Source: Fimbriosthenelais zetlandica (Eukaryota). Taken from it: DNA of 64,000 nt. Each line of letters begins with the position of its first letter. The stretch's first letter is position 1. Of this stretch, positions 51,818-63,942 are shown one piece after another. Location: contig OZ365112.1 in assembly GCA_977030845.1 (NCBI GenBank), forward strand, positions 16,678,001-16,742,000. The letters run 5' to 3'. The translations under genes were made by a program, and so were the position numbers. The notes under the pieces are model-generated. The model had not been told where the DNA came from and made no database searches. It worked only from the letters and a program-made list of their open reading frames with translations.

Positions 51818-54800
51818 CTGAAAGTAAAGGATTTCAGATAATTAAAGGCTTTATACAAAAGTATCCAAATTTACAAGAAGGAAGGGTCATGGGATACTGG
51901 TCGGAAACGGCCAAAGGTCAAGGGTGTATCGCATTTGCTGGTCCGAGATGAAGCAATGGTCAGTGGAAGACGGATAAAGAAAGGTAGAAATCTATGTGAT
52001 GTGTGATAGGCTGATAAACCTCTGATTTATACCTCTTCCTTCAGATAGCGCCGGCCAAACCATCAATCAATGGTTTCCCAAGCATACAGCTATGATCGTA
52101 TCATAATAATTAGTGCTATTTAGATTAGCCTGATCTCTTGAACCAAGTGTCAGATGGGAAAATATATACAGTGTTGGGAGATTTTACACATTTCTTCTAG
52201 AAATGAAATACAAATTCCCGACGAGCAAAGAGAGTTCCCTTTTCCAGGGCGTTTTCATTGATATAGTACAAGGAAAGTAATATATGACAAAAATATCAGA
52301 ACTTCTGGGATGATAATGGATAGAAATAATTGTTGACGATGATAGACATTCAAGCCCCGGGGCTTATTTATTTATTCAACCTTTTATCCCAGTGTCCAGT
52401 GATTTTAAATCTCTACCAACCCCAGATTTGATCTGTCCCCTTCCCCCACAGAGCCATCAAGCACCCATCATTCCACTTCAAGCCTCCACAACCCACCATT
52501 AAGTCCTTTACCCCACCTTGAAATGGCCACAGACTATCCAGGCACCGAATAGAAGACACCAACCGCGCCGGACCCCTGGGTACAAATTCGACCCAGGGTG
52601 GCGAATTGTCTCCTTCTATCAAAGTAATTAGACAGAATAATGGAAATTTTGAAAACTATAATTTTGGACAATCACTGTTGCAACTGGGTTGTAATTTGGA
52701 GCAAAACCGTCAGGGAAAAAGCTTTCTTCAAGGGGCAGATTGGGATTGGGTATTAAACGACAAAGCCATTAGCATTTCTCTGTACATTGTGGTGGCATAT
52801 TTTGTTCGAAAAGCATCTGCTGTAAAAAATGCAAATGCATATTGATAATCATTCCAAGCCTGGGGGAGATGGCAGTGTGGATTTATCTAAGTACTGATCT
52901 CGCGTTTGGTAGACTATAGGAGACTGGTCAGCGGGGGACATTCATGGGATTGAGGGTATTGGTGGACAGGGTGAACAATACACCACTCCAAGCACCGACC
53001 AGATAACATCTCACTCACATATGGCTGCTCTACCTTACCTCCAAGCCGCTATACTTTCCACAACCTTTGATTTAAAGCATTGTTGAGGCATTGTCCCTAT
53101 TCCACCCCAACAAAAAAGGAGAGCATTTTCAATCAATGTCATAGGTGCTTGAATAAATGTGACCCCTTGGTTTGCAATTAGATTTGGACGAATGCCCCAG
53201 TTATTTTGTTTTTAAGTGCGTTGATATCATATTTAAGTTTTAGCAACGATATCTGCTCGTGTTGAAATAGAGAGCATACCACTATTACCATTGGTTCATG
53301 GTCTTTGGTGCATTTCGAAAAGGGCTTGAAAGGCGAAAAAAAAACTTAAGGTGTCTGCACATGTATATTTTTTTACTGGTTCACATTCCAGTGAACAATA
53401 GTTAGTGATCGTGTTTTTATAAGGCTCTCTTTCAAAGGTATTTTTTACTTCGACTTGACGTGAAAAAAGTTAGGTCTGTCAGCATGAGACAGGGATTAAC
53501 TGAGAGGGAGCGAGAGAGAGTGGATAATGCAATGGTGTGATCAACTGAGTGGAAGTGAGTCTTATATCAAACAAGCACCATCCCACATATATATCACACT
53601 TATGATAATTCCAATACCCTATATCTCATGGTATATTGTATGACTTGGTCTGATAGATACAATATGGAACAATAAGAACTGATAGATTCGATTCATTATG
53701 GAGAAATTATCAGAAGAGGAGAGGTGAGTGAGTAGAGGTGACAGGCATGGACTGAGTCAACCCTGATGCAACTCTGTATCGTTTATGAAAGAAGTTTTAA
53801 GAGAGAAAGCGAAAGAATCTGAGAGGTACTCCATAATTCAATCATTAAAGTGTAACAGTATGTAAGAACTTCTCAAAGATTGAGCATTTTTGACAGGGAT
53901 ATAATCTTATATTGTACACTTTGAATTTGAATTATTTTCTTTACATAGTTATCTTCAAAGCTCGTAAATAAATCGTCAACAAATGAGAGGGATATATTAA
54001 AAATCCCCCAGGGCACGTTGTTGAGCCTTTATAGTTAGCCTGAAGACTTAGAAGGTGAACAGAAAGGAGAAGAGTAGTTAACCAATTAAAAGGAGGCGGG
54101 AAGTAGGCTTTATTACACTGGTTTTTGTTAGTCCCTTTCAGGAAAGACAGGCTGATCACCTAATTTCTCTAACTGTCAGTAATTTAGTAGTTTTCAGCAT
54201 GAAACAAGGCTAATAGTAATTCCCTATAAAGACTAGCCTCTTCCTTGAAGAACTTCAAAGAGTTTGGGGAACAGAAATATTTGCTTGTTTGGGTACTGCC
54301 GGTCTCTTTTTGTTATCAATAGAAATACAATCGGCCTACATCTTTTGAAGAGGTACCTCAAACTTTGAAAAGAATGAATCCTTGTACCTCTGGTCAGGTC
54401 CAAGTGAACATGTTCTGGACAATAGCCCCACAGATAGCCATACTTTCAACTTAGGAAATTTCTTAAAAGATGAATAGTTGAATTGACAATATCTATTGGA
54501 GCGAAGGCCCGGGACTGACCCGAACGTCAATGAAATGAGCCTTCTTCTTTAAATCAAGTCACCATAGAAACCATTGCGACATCTGACCAGTTTTTGGCCC
54601 CTCTGATCAGCCTCTCTACTCTTCTGGAAAGATCTTATCTCCAGATTCAGGCGCGTACCATTAGATGGCAGGGTGAGATAAGCTGGGGGCAATGGTCTGT
54701 AAGGTAATTCATAATTCTATCTTCACATGGCATCTCCCAATGCTCCCTCACCAAGCTCTTATCTCAATTTCTGCTTTGATTCAGCAAAAGCACAACTTGT

Positions 54801-56700
54801 TTAGATTAGATAATCTCAGGTGATAACAATAAAAACATGTCGAAGACTGTTGTAAGATTTATCCAGTGTTTAGTTTTGTTCAGTGGCCAGATATGACGTG
54901 ATAAAAATTGACGGAAACTACCTTGTTTTCATACATTACAATATGTGGATTTAAACCACATTTTTTTCTGACACCTACTAGACATGGGGACACTCAGTTC
55001 ATACGTAATTACATCATGGGATTGGTTGCTTGTTAAAACAGCATTTAGATTGGTCCTTCTCAGAGGAAGTGGAGAATAATATAGTAGGGGAAAGGAAGCA
55101 AAAAGACCAACAGCACAACGAGACGAATGCGAAATATAATATATTTTTTAGAACAGACCTACAGGCCTCAAAAGCCAACAAAGGTCAGTTTAAATTTTAT
55201 GAGATGGTAAGGCTATGCATTCAGTTGTTTTTTAAACTAGCATCTTTGATATCACGTGCAGGCACCCAGTCAGAAACACACATATTCAGCTTCCCTGTAA
55301 AAGAAACCCATCCCCACACGTTCATTTGATATCAACTGTACAACTCACATATATACACCATGGTTGACATTGTGTGGTTAGTAATAAGACTCGTCGAGGC
55401 GTGGTCAAGTTTGTGCATGAGTTAAAGACATCAACACTGGTCTTATTGTGGCCTCTCAACCAGGTGTGTACCTCACGTACCCGCCTAAACTAATGAAAAA
55501 ATCTTAAGTCACCAAAGCTGCATGTGGCCATCGATCACAAACCTCTATAAATATCTGATCAGTGGGGTTTAAAAAGAGAATTGGAAAGAAATTAAAGAAT
55601 GAACTTTGTTTCATGTCAAAGGGGTAGACTCACAAAGGATCGAAGACATTTTCAAAAAACTGGATAAAAATAAGAGTCTGATTTAACCTGCCAAACTAGC
55701 ATTACCTCAGGTATACGAAAATGAAAAGCAGAAGAAAAAATATCAGTTGTCAACAAGACAAGAGCGGGCGTGAGTCATGCCAACACTAGAGGGGCTTGTA
55801 TGTGTCTGATCTTACCTGCCAGTAATGTACTGATATGACCCATTAGGATCCAACCTATCAATGTATTCCATTTCACAAAAACTCACACATTCTTTACTCT
55901 TTATCCTCAGCTACATATAGAAAGAAACAGAAACTAGCTAAAAATGCAAAGAGTAATGTTTTAATGACATGCACTTCAGGAGGCACAAAATAATATCTTA
56001 ATACACAGAAGACAAGATTCTTTTAATATATAGATCTCCGGGACGTCATATTTGGTTTGAAATATTACCATATAGAATAAGGTATTAGGTTAAAACCCCA
56101 CATCTGCTCCCTCGATATAAATACCAGGGGTGGGATTATATATTCCTGGATATCCTTCAACAAATCTTCAATATCCCTGACAGGGTGGAGGATAGAGTTC
56201 ATCCGTCCACAACTAAATAATTTCTCTAGTGGCCTACTAACCTTTGTATTATGTTTCATTGAATTCAGTTCCAAGTTTCCTTGGAACATAAAATATAGTT
56301 GGACCTAAAACTACTATTTTCCAAACGTAGAAAGGTATATTTGAGGCATTCGAAGGCAGCAAAGGTGTGTCAATAAATGGGATTGTATAACAACGTTTTA
56401 GTCTATGGTTATACAATGGCCTGAATGTGACGATATATTTTAACTTTATATTTTAAAACTGCCTCTTACATTTTAATCTTGCTTAAATATTGTATATCAG
56501 GCAACAACAAAAACATGGCCAGGCCATCGCACTAACATATCAATTGATAAGCAGCTAGAAAACGAATAGCTGGATTAGGGAACATTCATTTTTTTTATTA
56601 CTAACAGGTTAAATTAGAACTGGGATAAAGTTGGAAAAGATAATTAAGCTTTAGGTTACTGTTGGTGCCTCATACTATTAGGAAGTACGTGTGTTGTTAG

Positions 56701-56827
56701 GCAGGGTTGTGTGGAGGGGGCAAGGGTTGTGTGGATGGGGCAAGGGTTGTGTGAAGGGGGTAAGGGTAGTGTGGAGGGGATACGGGTTGTGTAGAGAAGG
56801 CAAGGGTTGTGTGGAAGGGGTAAGGGG
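56701..56827 (+). repeat. G-rich 20-bp minisatellite, 6 full units plus a partial unit
   Basis: Consensus about CAAGGGTTGTGTGGAGGGGG, with units in exact 20-nt register from 56701. Confidence 0.92.
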
Positions 56828-56968
56828 CATGTTAATAAAAAACCAGATTTACCTGACATTTCACTGACTGACAGATTCCAATTGTATCTGTCAGCAGAGA
56901 ATGGCAGGTAGGGAAATAAGAGTCCAGCCTGCCCACACGACCTCCACCCTGACCCTTACTTCAGTCAC

Positions 56969-56986
56969 TGCCACCAGGGGGCATTA
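56969..56986 (+). promoter_or_regulatory. CTCF-like motif
   Basis: TGCCACCAGGGGGCATTA vs consensus core CCACCAGGGGGCGC. Confidence 0.45.
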
Positions 56987-57016
56987 GACTGTCCAGTAAG
57001 GTGGGAGGGACGACCT

Positions 57017-57083
57017 TGTCACATGATGTGTTGTCATGTGACATCTCCTATTCGTCATGACATCCAAGGACACTATATAAAAG
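57017..57083 (+). promoter_or_regulatory. Candidate TATA core promoter with inverted M-box pair, antisense within DGKE intron
   Basis: TGTCACATGA(57017)-7nt-TCATGTGACA(57034), then TATATAAAAG at 57074. Confidence 0.4.
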
Positions 57084-57553
57084 CGCACAACAATCTCATA
57101 GTTCTATTGTCCTATGGACTCTTATTTCTAAAACTCCATCTACACGCAATGAAATGCTTTCATCGCTTTTGAGTGACAACTGTTGGTATTTTTGTGTTAA
57201 TTTTAGAGAAAAAAACAAGCATATCCACCAACAGATAACGCAGATTCAAAATCTTTTCCAAGGTCAACACAGAAATAATTGAATGTAGAGAAGAAATGAA
57301 GGTAATTATTTTCAACTCATTTTCAACCAAAAGTTGTTTTATATTTGGGTAGAATTTAATACTCAAATCAGTATCGGAGTGTCTGGCCTGGCCTAGCATT
57401 AGCATTCTCTGTCCAGGGGTGCCGGGGGTGGGGGTAGTAGTCTACACCTCCCCCAGTAGGTGTTGACTTTTCTAAATGCTCTCCTTCACCCTGATTTTCT
57501 GGGTACAACGATTGTCTGGACTATAAATGCTAGTTCTGAGGGACAGGTGACAT

Positions 57554-57579
57554 TGACCTAACACTGACCTAAGGTCAGT
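57554..57579 (-). promoter_or_regulatory. Perfect DR5 nuclear-receptor element (AGGTCA-GTGTT-AGGTCA) overlapping an everted repeat ER1
   Basis: + strand TGACCT(57554)-AACAC-TGACCT(57565)-A-AGGTCA(57572). Confidence 0.5.
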
Positions 57580-58115
57580 CTGGGCTTAGTGATGTCCCCT
57601 TGAGGCGCTGACCAAAGGATCTACAATCTCTACTGGGATCAAATAGGTACCTGTCGTTCAGGGGTCACCGCTAGATATCTCCATTACCTGTGGTCGTTCC
57701 CGGGGGCTCTTAACTCATTCGAGTAAAAACACAAGTAATTTCAAAGAAATGTTTTCGATATTTAAAGCCAGAAGAGAGTGATGCGATACCGACTGTAACA
57801 GCAAATAATCTTTCTTAAAAATCCTATAATTTATTTTTTAAATTGTGTGAAAGACTAATATATAGATTAGGAATTTGAAGAAATAAATTCATTGAAGCTT
57901 GACTTTGATCTGGAATAGGAGATCCATTAGACAGACTGATTCATAGCGGGGTGACAGAGATCAGATGGCCATTACACCGTCATGTAGCGTTCAATACAGA
58001 CATCGAGACATATATAGCTTTCTCACATTTTATCTTTGATGTCTTATCGTGCATTCATTCCTTGACATTCTGAGGTCCCGTCACCTTTATCAGCCATAAC
58101 GGTCAGGGTTATATA

Positions 58116-58151
58116 TGACCTTCACTGACCTCTCTGACCAGTAGATGACCT
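58116..58151 (-). promoter_or_regulatory. Perfect DR4 plus two further nuclear-receptor half-sites
   Basis: + strand TGACCT-TCAC-TGACCT-CTC-TGACCA-GTAGA-TGACCT. Confidence 0.4.
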
Positions 58152-61100
58152 GTGGGATCCTCCTCCTCCTCCTGGTCATGGAATGACCAGTATGTCACCT
58201 CTCCCTGGACAAGCAGGTGACCAGGTAATGAGTGACAGCTCAGTGGGAGACCCGTCAACACCCTCACTATGTATATCACTAATGTTCTCCGTACACTGGA
58301 AAACCATGATAGAGAATTTCACACATACCAAGTTGGGACTTCTAAAATGTCCCTGTGTATGCTTAAGCACAGCTGGATATTAAAGCAATCAATCCCGAGA
58401 TCAACCGCGATGTCCTTTCTGTGGGCTTTTCTTAGGAAAAGGAATATGGTATTTATACAGGAACGTGGTATTTATACCAAGTTACCTTTCCCCTAAAACG
58501 AGGTCCTATTAGAGACAAAGTTTCTCAACAAAGTTCCCGAGTAAAACTAGTGCTATTATAACATGCTTTACACTTATTAAACCTCGACCATTTGACCAGC
58601 CTGAGCCAAGCTCATTTCCATATAGGCCTATATGATTGTCATGAATGAGCCCTCCTTACATGCCAACACCCAAGGCTACCTGCCACTAAGACGGATCACC
58701 TTCATATCATTAACTTAGATTAGAGGTCAATTATCAGCCATTTTCAGCCTGCCTCCAGCAGTGGGTGGTTTTGTATGGCATAGACAATCCCTTCACCCCT
58801 CCACTGTCACCTCCTACCCCTGCCACCCTGAAGATCCCCGCAGGGGGGAAACCAACACAAGACAACCTCTGACCACTGCCAAGATGTTTGTTTAGCTGCC
58901 ATGGATATGTAGGCTACCCCCATCACATCTGCAGTTATCAAGTCACAAATTATTAGCATTGATCAGTGCCTATGCGTGAGATGTATTAATATTGGATAGT
59001 GCAAATTTACTGGGTGAAATAAGCGGTTTAACCACTACCCCTTTGCTGACATCGCCTCTCAAACCATTTGATTGGGGTAAGGCTGTCAAAAGCTTTTCAA
59101 AGCCAAGAAACGATGGATGGTTAAACTTTGAATAAATGTGGGAAGTCTAATGTAAAGGTGAGAATCATGGATCCACCTTCTAGCTGACAGTGACATCTAA
59201 CGGCCAGTGTGACAGACCATCTCTCTGGTGGACACCCTTAAAAGCCACGGGCGGTCAAATCTGACCATCAATTACCACCCCTTGTTCAGACTGACTACCA
59301 AGTGACCACTGTCCAAGCTCAGGTAGGTCCACTGTATACCACCTGAACCCGTGGGAACAGCAGCCCGTCCCAGGCGAACCACCCGTCCCCAGCACCCTAC
59401 ATGATTATAAAGATAAATGTATGCGATGCCACTGTCTGATAGGATTGTGCTAACCAAACTCAAATCCACCATTAGCAAGCAAGTATAAATTACCAGTCTC
59501 AGATCTGGAGATTTATCTATCACATATAAACTCATGACAAGGCAGGAATAGTATAATAAAACCAGACTCTATGACGGACACTCTCACACCCTCTGTACCC
59601 CCGAGGGTTTTCCTTGACCTTCACTTGTTACTGTAGCCTACATGTAATTGCTAATGAGTGGACAAAATATTTTCCAACTGCTTTCTTCAATCTCGGGATT
59701 CTCATCAGATTCTATTCTTTGATAAATTAAACTCAAGCGTCTGGATATTGCTTTTTATCCGGTACAGGAAACCATCCGTTATCATGTAACGTGACCTGAC
59801 AGTTTAATTTCCTCTGTATTTAAGTGAGACGCTTGCATTAAACGTTTCTCGTTTTTTCTCACACCTGCAATGGTCACCGCTCCAGGGCGGTTTGGGAAAA
59901 TGTACCGAAAATGGAAGCATTTAATTCATTCCGATTCGGCGGAGGTCAGAGGTAAATCTACCTTCACTTTCCCAGATCAAATATCCTTGTACAGTTCCAG
60001 GACCATATCAAATGTAATGCTACCAGCTGCTACCGTGGTCATTGTGAAAAAATGGGTTTGCTCTTACCCGGGAATATCGATCTAATTGCAATAATGATTT
60101 AACAATTTTCAGATAATGGAGGCATATGTTGCCTTGTCGACCCTCTCACAGCCATTATATTGACAAATCGATATATGTATTGACAAATATGTCTGCCTAT
60201 TTAACAGTTGGTCATTTGAAATATTTTTGCCAAACGCTTTTTGTGGGAGTGAAACATGCACAGGCAGGTCCATGTGGTTGGCTGCTTTCAGCTACTGTTT
60301 TGTTAAAATATACGAATTAAAACCCGTTTATGTTTCAATAGATGGGACGAGTACAATTAACAGGAAAGGACTTAATTTAAACCCTTTATTGTCCCCCACC
60401 TAATGCCAACCTCAATGAAACTTCTGGTAATTAGGAGTGTTAATGAGGGTTAGAGAAGTGAAAGTCTAAAAATAATCCAGTCATTACTGTAATGATGATG
60501 ATAGAGGGATAGAATATAGGGGTATGGTTTAAGTAGTAGGGAATCTTGCTGTGATAAGTACCCTAAATGACACAAGCACAAGTGACCAAAACTTCATTAC
60601 ATTCCGGAGTAAAGGCATGACATACGTCCGCAACTGTTGTGGAGTAGGCAGGTAAATCCTAAAGACCCAAAGAAATAATAGTGAGCTGTCTCCACTGATC
60701 TTATCTATAATTAATGAGTTTGGTGAGTAGGTGACATACTTTCTTCGCGTCTATAGACGTGTATTGTTTACTATCTCTATCGATTTAGCCGGTAAAGATC
60801 GTATCCCCAAAATTTGAAAGCAATTTGACAGTTATGTTTACACAGGGGTTAGAATATTGGCTTTGAATCTTGGCACATGATTGACCATCATGCCCAAAAA
60901 CTTTTTTCCACTCTAAGCTAAAGTCAAATGAGAGAAAAAAATGAAAAGAAAGAGAAAAGTTAATTGTCACAGTGGGCGAGTGTAAATTGTAGGGATCTCA
61001 AATGAACTCATCGTTTTGACCCCAACAGAAGACCTCATTAATTAACGCTTTATCATCCGACCCTGACATGAAACGCGCGACTCATTTGTCTCTCACAATG

Positions 61101-63543
61101 CCCCCATCTACATATTAACGAAGAGGTCGGCAGGAGGCAGTAGCAGGCACTGCTGGACAGCGGGGGCACGCTGGAAAATGGACGGGACTTAATTGGAGAG
61201 CAGACTTTAATGCTAGTGGCCTGGGGATTCTCCCCCTTCCCTTTTACAACTCCCTTGTCCTCCTAGTTATAGGATTCCTAGAGGGATGGATTGAGAGTGA
61301 ATCCGAGGGGGAGGAGGGAAGTGGAGGCGGAGTGCTTTTATCTATGTGTTGGGGAGGTACTTGGAGCCTGAGCAAGCATCACAAGTGGTATAGCATTGGA
61401 GTGTTAGGCAGGGGGGTCACCGACTCTTTGTCTGGTTAGGTTTTACTGCTTTATGGGGGGACGAACACTCACAAGTCTGATAGGTAATAAAGTGACAAAA
61501 GAAGAGCCAGGGAAGGAGACTAATCTAAATAGGAGGGACCCATGAAACTCCAAGAATCCAAGTTATCTGAAGACCGAATAATAAAATTATTTATATTACG
61601 ATATGTAGGCTAGATACACACGTATACCGGTATAGAGATAGTATAGAATGTATCCAGATACAGATGGTAAATATCGCCTGAAGCTGAAACCCTTGTTAAT
61701 TTCTCTAGGCATGCTGTGCCTATTTTAGCAGGTGATCTAAACCGACCAGGTCCTTCCCGCTCTGTTTGGTCAAGTGGCGCCTCCTGGTGCCAGCACGTGA
61801 CCCCTGCCTGGATCACGTGACCCCTGGTGACGAGAGACGCTCGTCGACGACCAGAAGCTGGGGAAGAAGGGCAAGTAGACCTTTGAAATGACATTCAATA
61901 TCAAACGAACCAAGCAGAAATATTTCAGGCTATGTTTTTTATGCAAATAGCCTAAGCCAGTAAGTATTATAAAACTTTCAAAAAAATCTAGATCCCTGCG
62001 TCACTTCGATCCTTATTTCAACTGTGAACATTACAAATAACTGGCAATGGGTGTTGGTAAAGGGCTTTTCAATTCATTCAGTGCCCTTTTCAATAAATTC
62101 TCAACCCTATTCAGTTTGTAGTGAGCAGGAATCTTGAAACAAATGTCAGGTGTACTGTCACATTGAATTCTGTGAATAGATGAGACGCCCACATGGCAAT
62201 GCTCATGGAGAGAGCATAGGTGATTTATAGCCGTTATATCGGGGGAGAGTACAGTTTTTTCCCACAATGTGTTCACCGGTCCTTTCAGCCCACGTGTTCT
62301 GCTTCTCTGTTTGTTCACGTGGTGGCGCTGAATGATCTGAGGCCGACTTTAATTCGCCTCGACGCGCGCTTGAGAAACAGACGATACGGCAGACGTCCCT
62401 GCGTCCTGACGTTTGGACGTCGCGTGGGTCACTTCCTCCACCAACGGTCAGAGCAGACGACAGACGAATGGGACAGGTCAAAGGCTAAGGCGGCCTACAT
62501 ATTGTGAGATATCCAATGACAAATGATCACACTAGTCTTCACTGTGTGCATCAGCAGGATATGCCTTGCTTACCTATGATCCCCTACAGGGGGTCATGGT
62601 GTGGGGATCAAGATTACTGGTGTAAGTGCCCAGGAAAGATATCCCAATAAGCTGTTTTGTTTTGGGCTAAAATGTCAGACAGAAGGCTATACCGTGGAGA
62701 TAATGCCCCGTATAGATCAAGGCTGTAAAGGGCACGCGCTGGGCACGGATGACCTCTAGATGTGAAGGTCATCGTCTCTGCCCACCTTTGACCTATAATG
62801 TCACCTCCAGCTGTCCCCAGCCGTGGGCCGACCTCAGATCTCCCCATGGAGAACTGAGCAGAGACACCCATACCCCTCCATTATACCAAATTTGCCCAAC
62901 CTTCCTTACATTTCCTTTTGAAGAATTTGGAAGATAATTTATGTGCGTCAGGCACCAATTTGGGGTTCCTTCAGGCACACAAGCGATGAAAAATGAACGC
63001 CTGATAAAACAATGCTTCCCTCACATAACATTGACTTCTAATGATCAGGGTCACGGTGCATGCACATTATGGGCAAGTACTATACAAAATAGATTGAAAT
63101 CAGTGAGGGAGAGGGCATAGAAGTAGTTCTATATTGATATACCCCTCAGATATATATTGCATACAAGGAAGAAAAAGTAGGCCTACGTTAAAAAGACGCA
63201 AGTCTTATTCATTTGTAGTAAGTTGGAAATTCCATAATTATATCGCTAAAATCGCTATTCAACATATTCTTCTTGTTACAAGAATCAAACATCCTCGGTT
63301 CCTATAATGGTCCCCAGGTATCGTGGTCGCATAGCAATCCCTACTTGAATGCCACGAGACAAGAAATAGGTGGCAGCACGATACAGACTGGTAAGTGAAG
63401 CATTGAAGTTTGTGATATACCTTTCATGCAGCCTATGTAACATGCATCTTCACTACATAAAAGAATATATCGTGACATATGGGTCACGTTCATGAATTAT
63501 CAATAGAGATGATTACAAACATGTATAAGAAAAGAGAATTTAC

Positions 63544-63657
63544 TTTGTTCATGATTCGTGAGCCAAAAAGAGCCGGACTGCTTTCACGGTGTTTGTGGAA
63601 GTTCAGGGTGACAAGAGCATCCACGCCAATTGATGCATAGTTGTTCATCACCAGCTC
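63544..63657 (-). CDS. DGKE: Diacylglycerol kinase epsilon, internal exon (114 nt, start of accessory domain)
   Basis: [38 protein letters not shown] vs human [38 protein letters not shown]. Canonical cag|...|gtaaat. Confidence 0.96.
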
Positions 63658-63775
63658 CTGAAGGGAGAAGCAAGGGGTAAACATGTCACAAATGATGAAG
63701 AGACAGTAAGTTAGGAGTTAAATATCAATCCTTCCAAATGGGTGTATATATCAGGGAAACAGAAGAGCAACTTAC

Positions 63776-63830
63776 CTTCCTTGGCATGCGGATCCCGAAA
63801 TGTTTGGCATGGGAAATTTCAACCTTCCAT
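63776..63830 (-). CDS. DGKE: Diacylglycerol kinase epsilon, internal exon (55 nt)
   Basis: atactttcag| A TGG AAG GTT...(R)WKVEISHAKHFGIRMPRK |gtaagt. Confidence 0.9.
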
Positions 63831-63942
63831 CTGAAAGTATGAATTAAAGTTACATGAATGAAATTTGAAAATTCCTATAAGTTGATTTTCAAATATGACT
63901 CTTTCAAAAAGGGCGAATCACCAAGAAGTGAAGCTGAGGTAC

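Noticed and set aside
52868-52880. TGGCAGTGTGG resembling miR-34 5' end
   Set aside because: The match stops after 11 nt and there is no surrounding hairpin.
53698-53730. ATGGAGAAATTATCAGAAGAGGAGAG|gtgagt as first exon of a nested + gene
   Set aside because: Strong donor, but no phase-compatible downstream exon could be identified.
59660-59712. Hammerhead-like CTGATGAG-AATC-ccga-GATT on - strand
   Set aside because: Lacks the C-GAAA core after stem II, and no stems I/III could be drawn.
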